The notes beneath the pieces are model-generated. The model was given only the letters and a program-made list of their open reading frames with translations. It was not told the origin of the DNA and searched no databases. A stretch of 64,000 nucleotides of DNA from Dehalococcoidia bacterium (lineage in GTDB: Bacteria > Chloroflexota > Dehalococcoidia > Lucifugimonadales > GCA-2712585), in assembly GCA_965247585.1 (NCBI GenBank), contig CBDFHC010000005.1:896334-960333 (forward strand). Reading direction: 5' to 3'. Each line of letters starts with the position of its first letter. Position 1 is the stretch's first letter. A program made the translations under genes and the position numbers. Shown here piece by piece: positions 63,557-64,000 of this stretch.

Positions 63557-64000
63557 TTGGACTGACCGACCATCAGCGTCTTACCCGTTTGGGGAAGATT
63601 CGGCTGGGCTACATGGCCGAGACCCAGGGTGGGGAAAAGTACCCCAGGGCCACTGACTATTTCGTGGTGCCCGAGGAGGTCGCTGCGGAATACGGGGAGA
63701 TGCCCACAACCCTTGACCCCATCCTGTTCCCGGTGGACGTGGAGGACATCTTCGCCTCCACCTTCTACCGCCTCTACACCCAGACCTGGGGCCTCACCTG
63801 CAAAGGTAACGGCGACACGGCCAACCGGCTGGTAGACAAGGCCCAATTGGAGGCAACCGGCGAACCTGTCCCGGCCAGCCACGCTACAAAGGAGACGGGA
63901 CGACTAGACATCCAGTGTCCGTGCCCGCTACTGGATAAAGGCTACTGTCGCCCCATCATGAACCTCCAGTTTCTTCTGCCGGAGGTTTCCGGCCTGGGCG
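63547..64000 (+). CDS. Phage-region conserved hypothetical protein (partial, runs off window end)
   Basis: Own translation from ATG 63547 is stop-free to 64000: MPIVGLTDHQRLTRLGKIRLGYMAETQGGEKYPRATDYFVVPEEV...GLTCKGNGDTANR...IQCPCPLLDKGYCRPIMNLQFLLPEV. The opposite-strand 190-aa ORF looks like a shadow. Confidence 0.55.
   Translation, partial: MPIVGLTDHQRLTRLGKIRLGYMAETQGGEKYPRATDYFVVPEEVAAEYGEMPTTLDPILFPVDVEDIFASTFYRLYTQTWGLTCKGNGDTANRLVDKAQLEATGEPVPASHATKETGRLDIQCPCPLLDKGYCRPIMNLQFLLPEVSGLG

Noticed and set aside
63310-63882. 190-aa minus-strand ORF in the prophage region
   Set aside because: It overlaps a plus-strand frame that is stop-free to the window end and has a coupled start at 63547. 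The minus-strand product is Gly/Val/Arg-rich and shadow-like.

Overview
High-GC (by eye ~60%, not computed) bacterial chromosomal window, densely coding on both strands. Gene content (rny-ymdB pairing, F420-type PPOX, many amidohydrolase, hotdog and SDR paralogs) is compatible with a Chloroflexota-like organism, but taxonomy cannot be settled from sequence alone. Layout: (i) 1-4.8 kb is one giant secreted PKD / cadherin-like / YWTD-propeller surface-protein gene broken into three reading frames. (ii) 5-35 kb is mostly housekeeping: nadE, a two-component pair, a CDO-like cupin plus tetra-rhodanese, recA-recX, plsY, a PHP esterase, a ymdB-like gene, rny, HAD, aldolases, MFS, uvrD/pcrA, PAC2, hotdog, PPOX, HEAT, pmbA/tldD, nth, argC and tRNA-Glu. 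A visibly lower-GC two-gene islet sits at 21.4-22.5 kb. (iii) 35-50 kb holds paralog-rich catabolic genes: tandem SDRs, split MaoC hydratase, a second PAC2, two convergent amidohydrolases flanking three tRNAs, an aminotransferase and a hydantoinase-like gene. (iv) 50-64 kb is clearly accessory. Two near-identical IS630-family copies bracket a triply broken Ser/Thr-kinase-AAA-TPR gene. A paralogous uninterrupted copy of one IS target site is present. Next come an orphan ABC-ATPase/zinc-ribbon/cNMP-binding fusion, gene remnants, tRNA-Trp and tRNA-Arg. A displaced tRNA 3' fragment then marks the edge of a prophage-like element (CI-like repressor, Cro-like, AlpA-like) that runs off the window. No CRISPR array, rRNA or recognisable defence operon was seen. 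The most unusual signals are structural: a foldback repeat at a frame break, an IS-bracketed decaying STAND-like kinase, an att-like tRNA fragment and the low-GC two-gene cassette.
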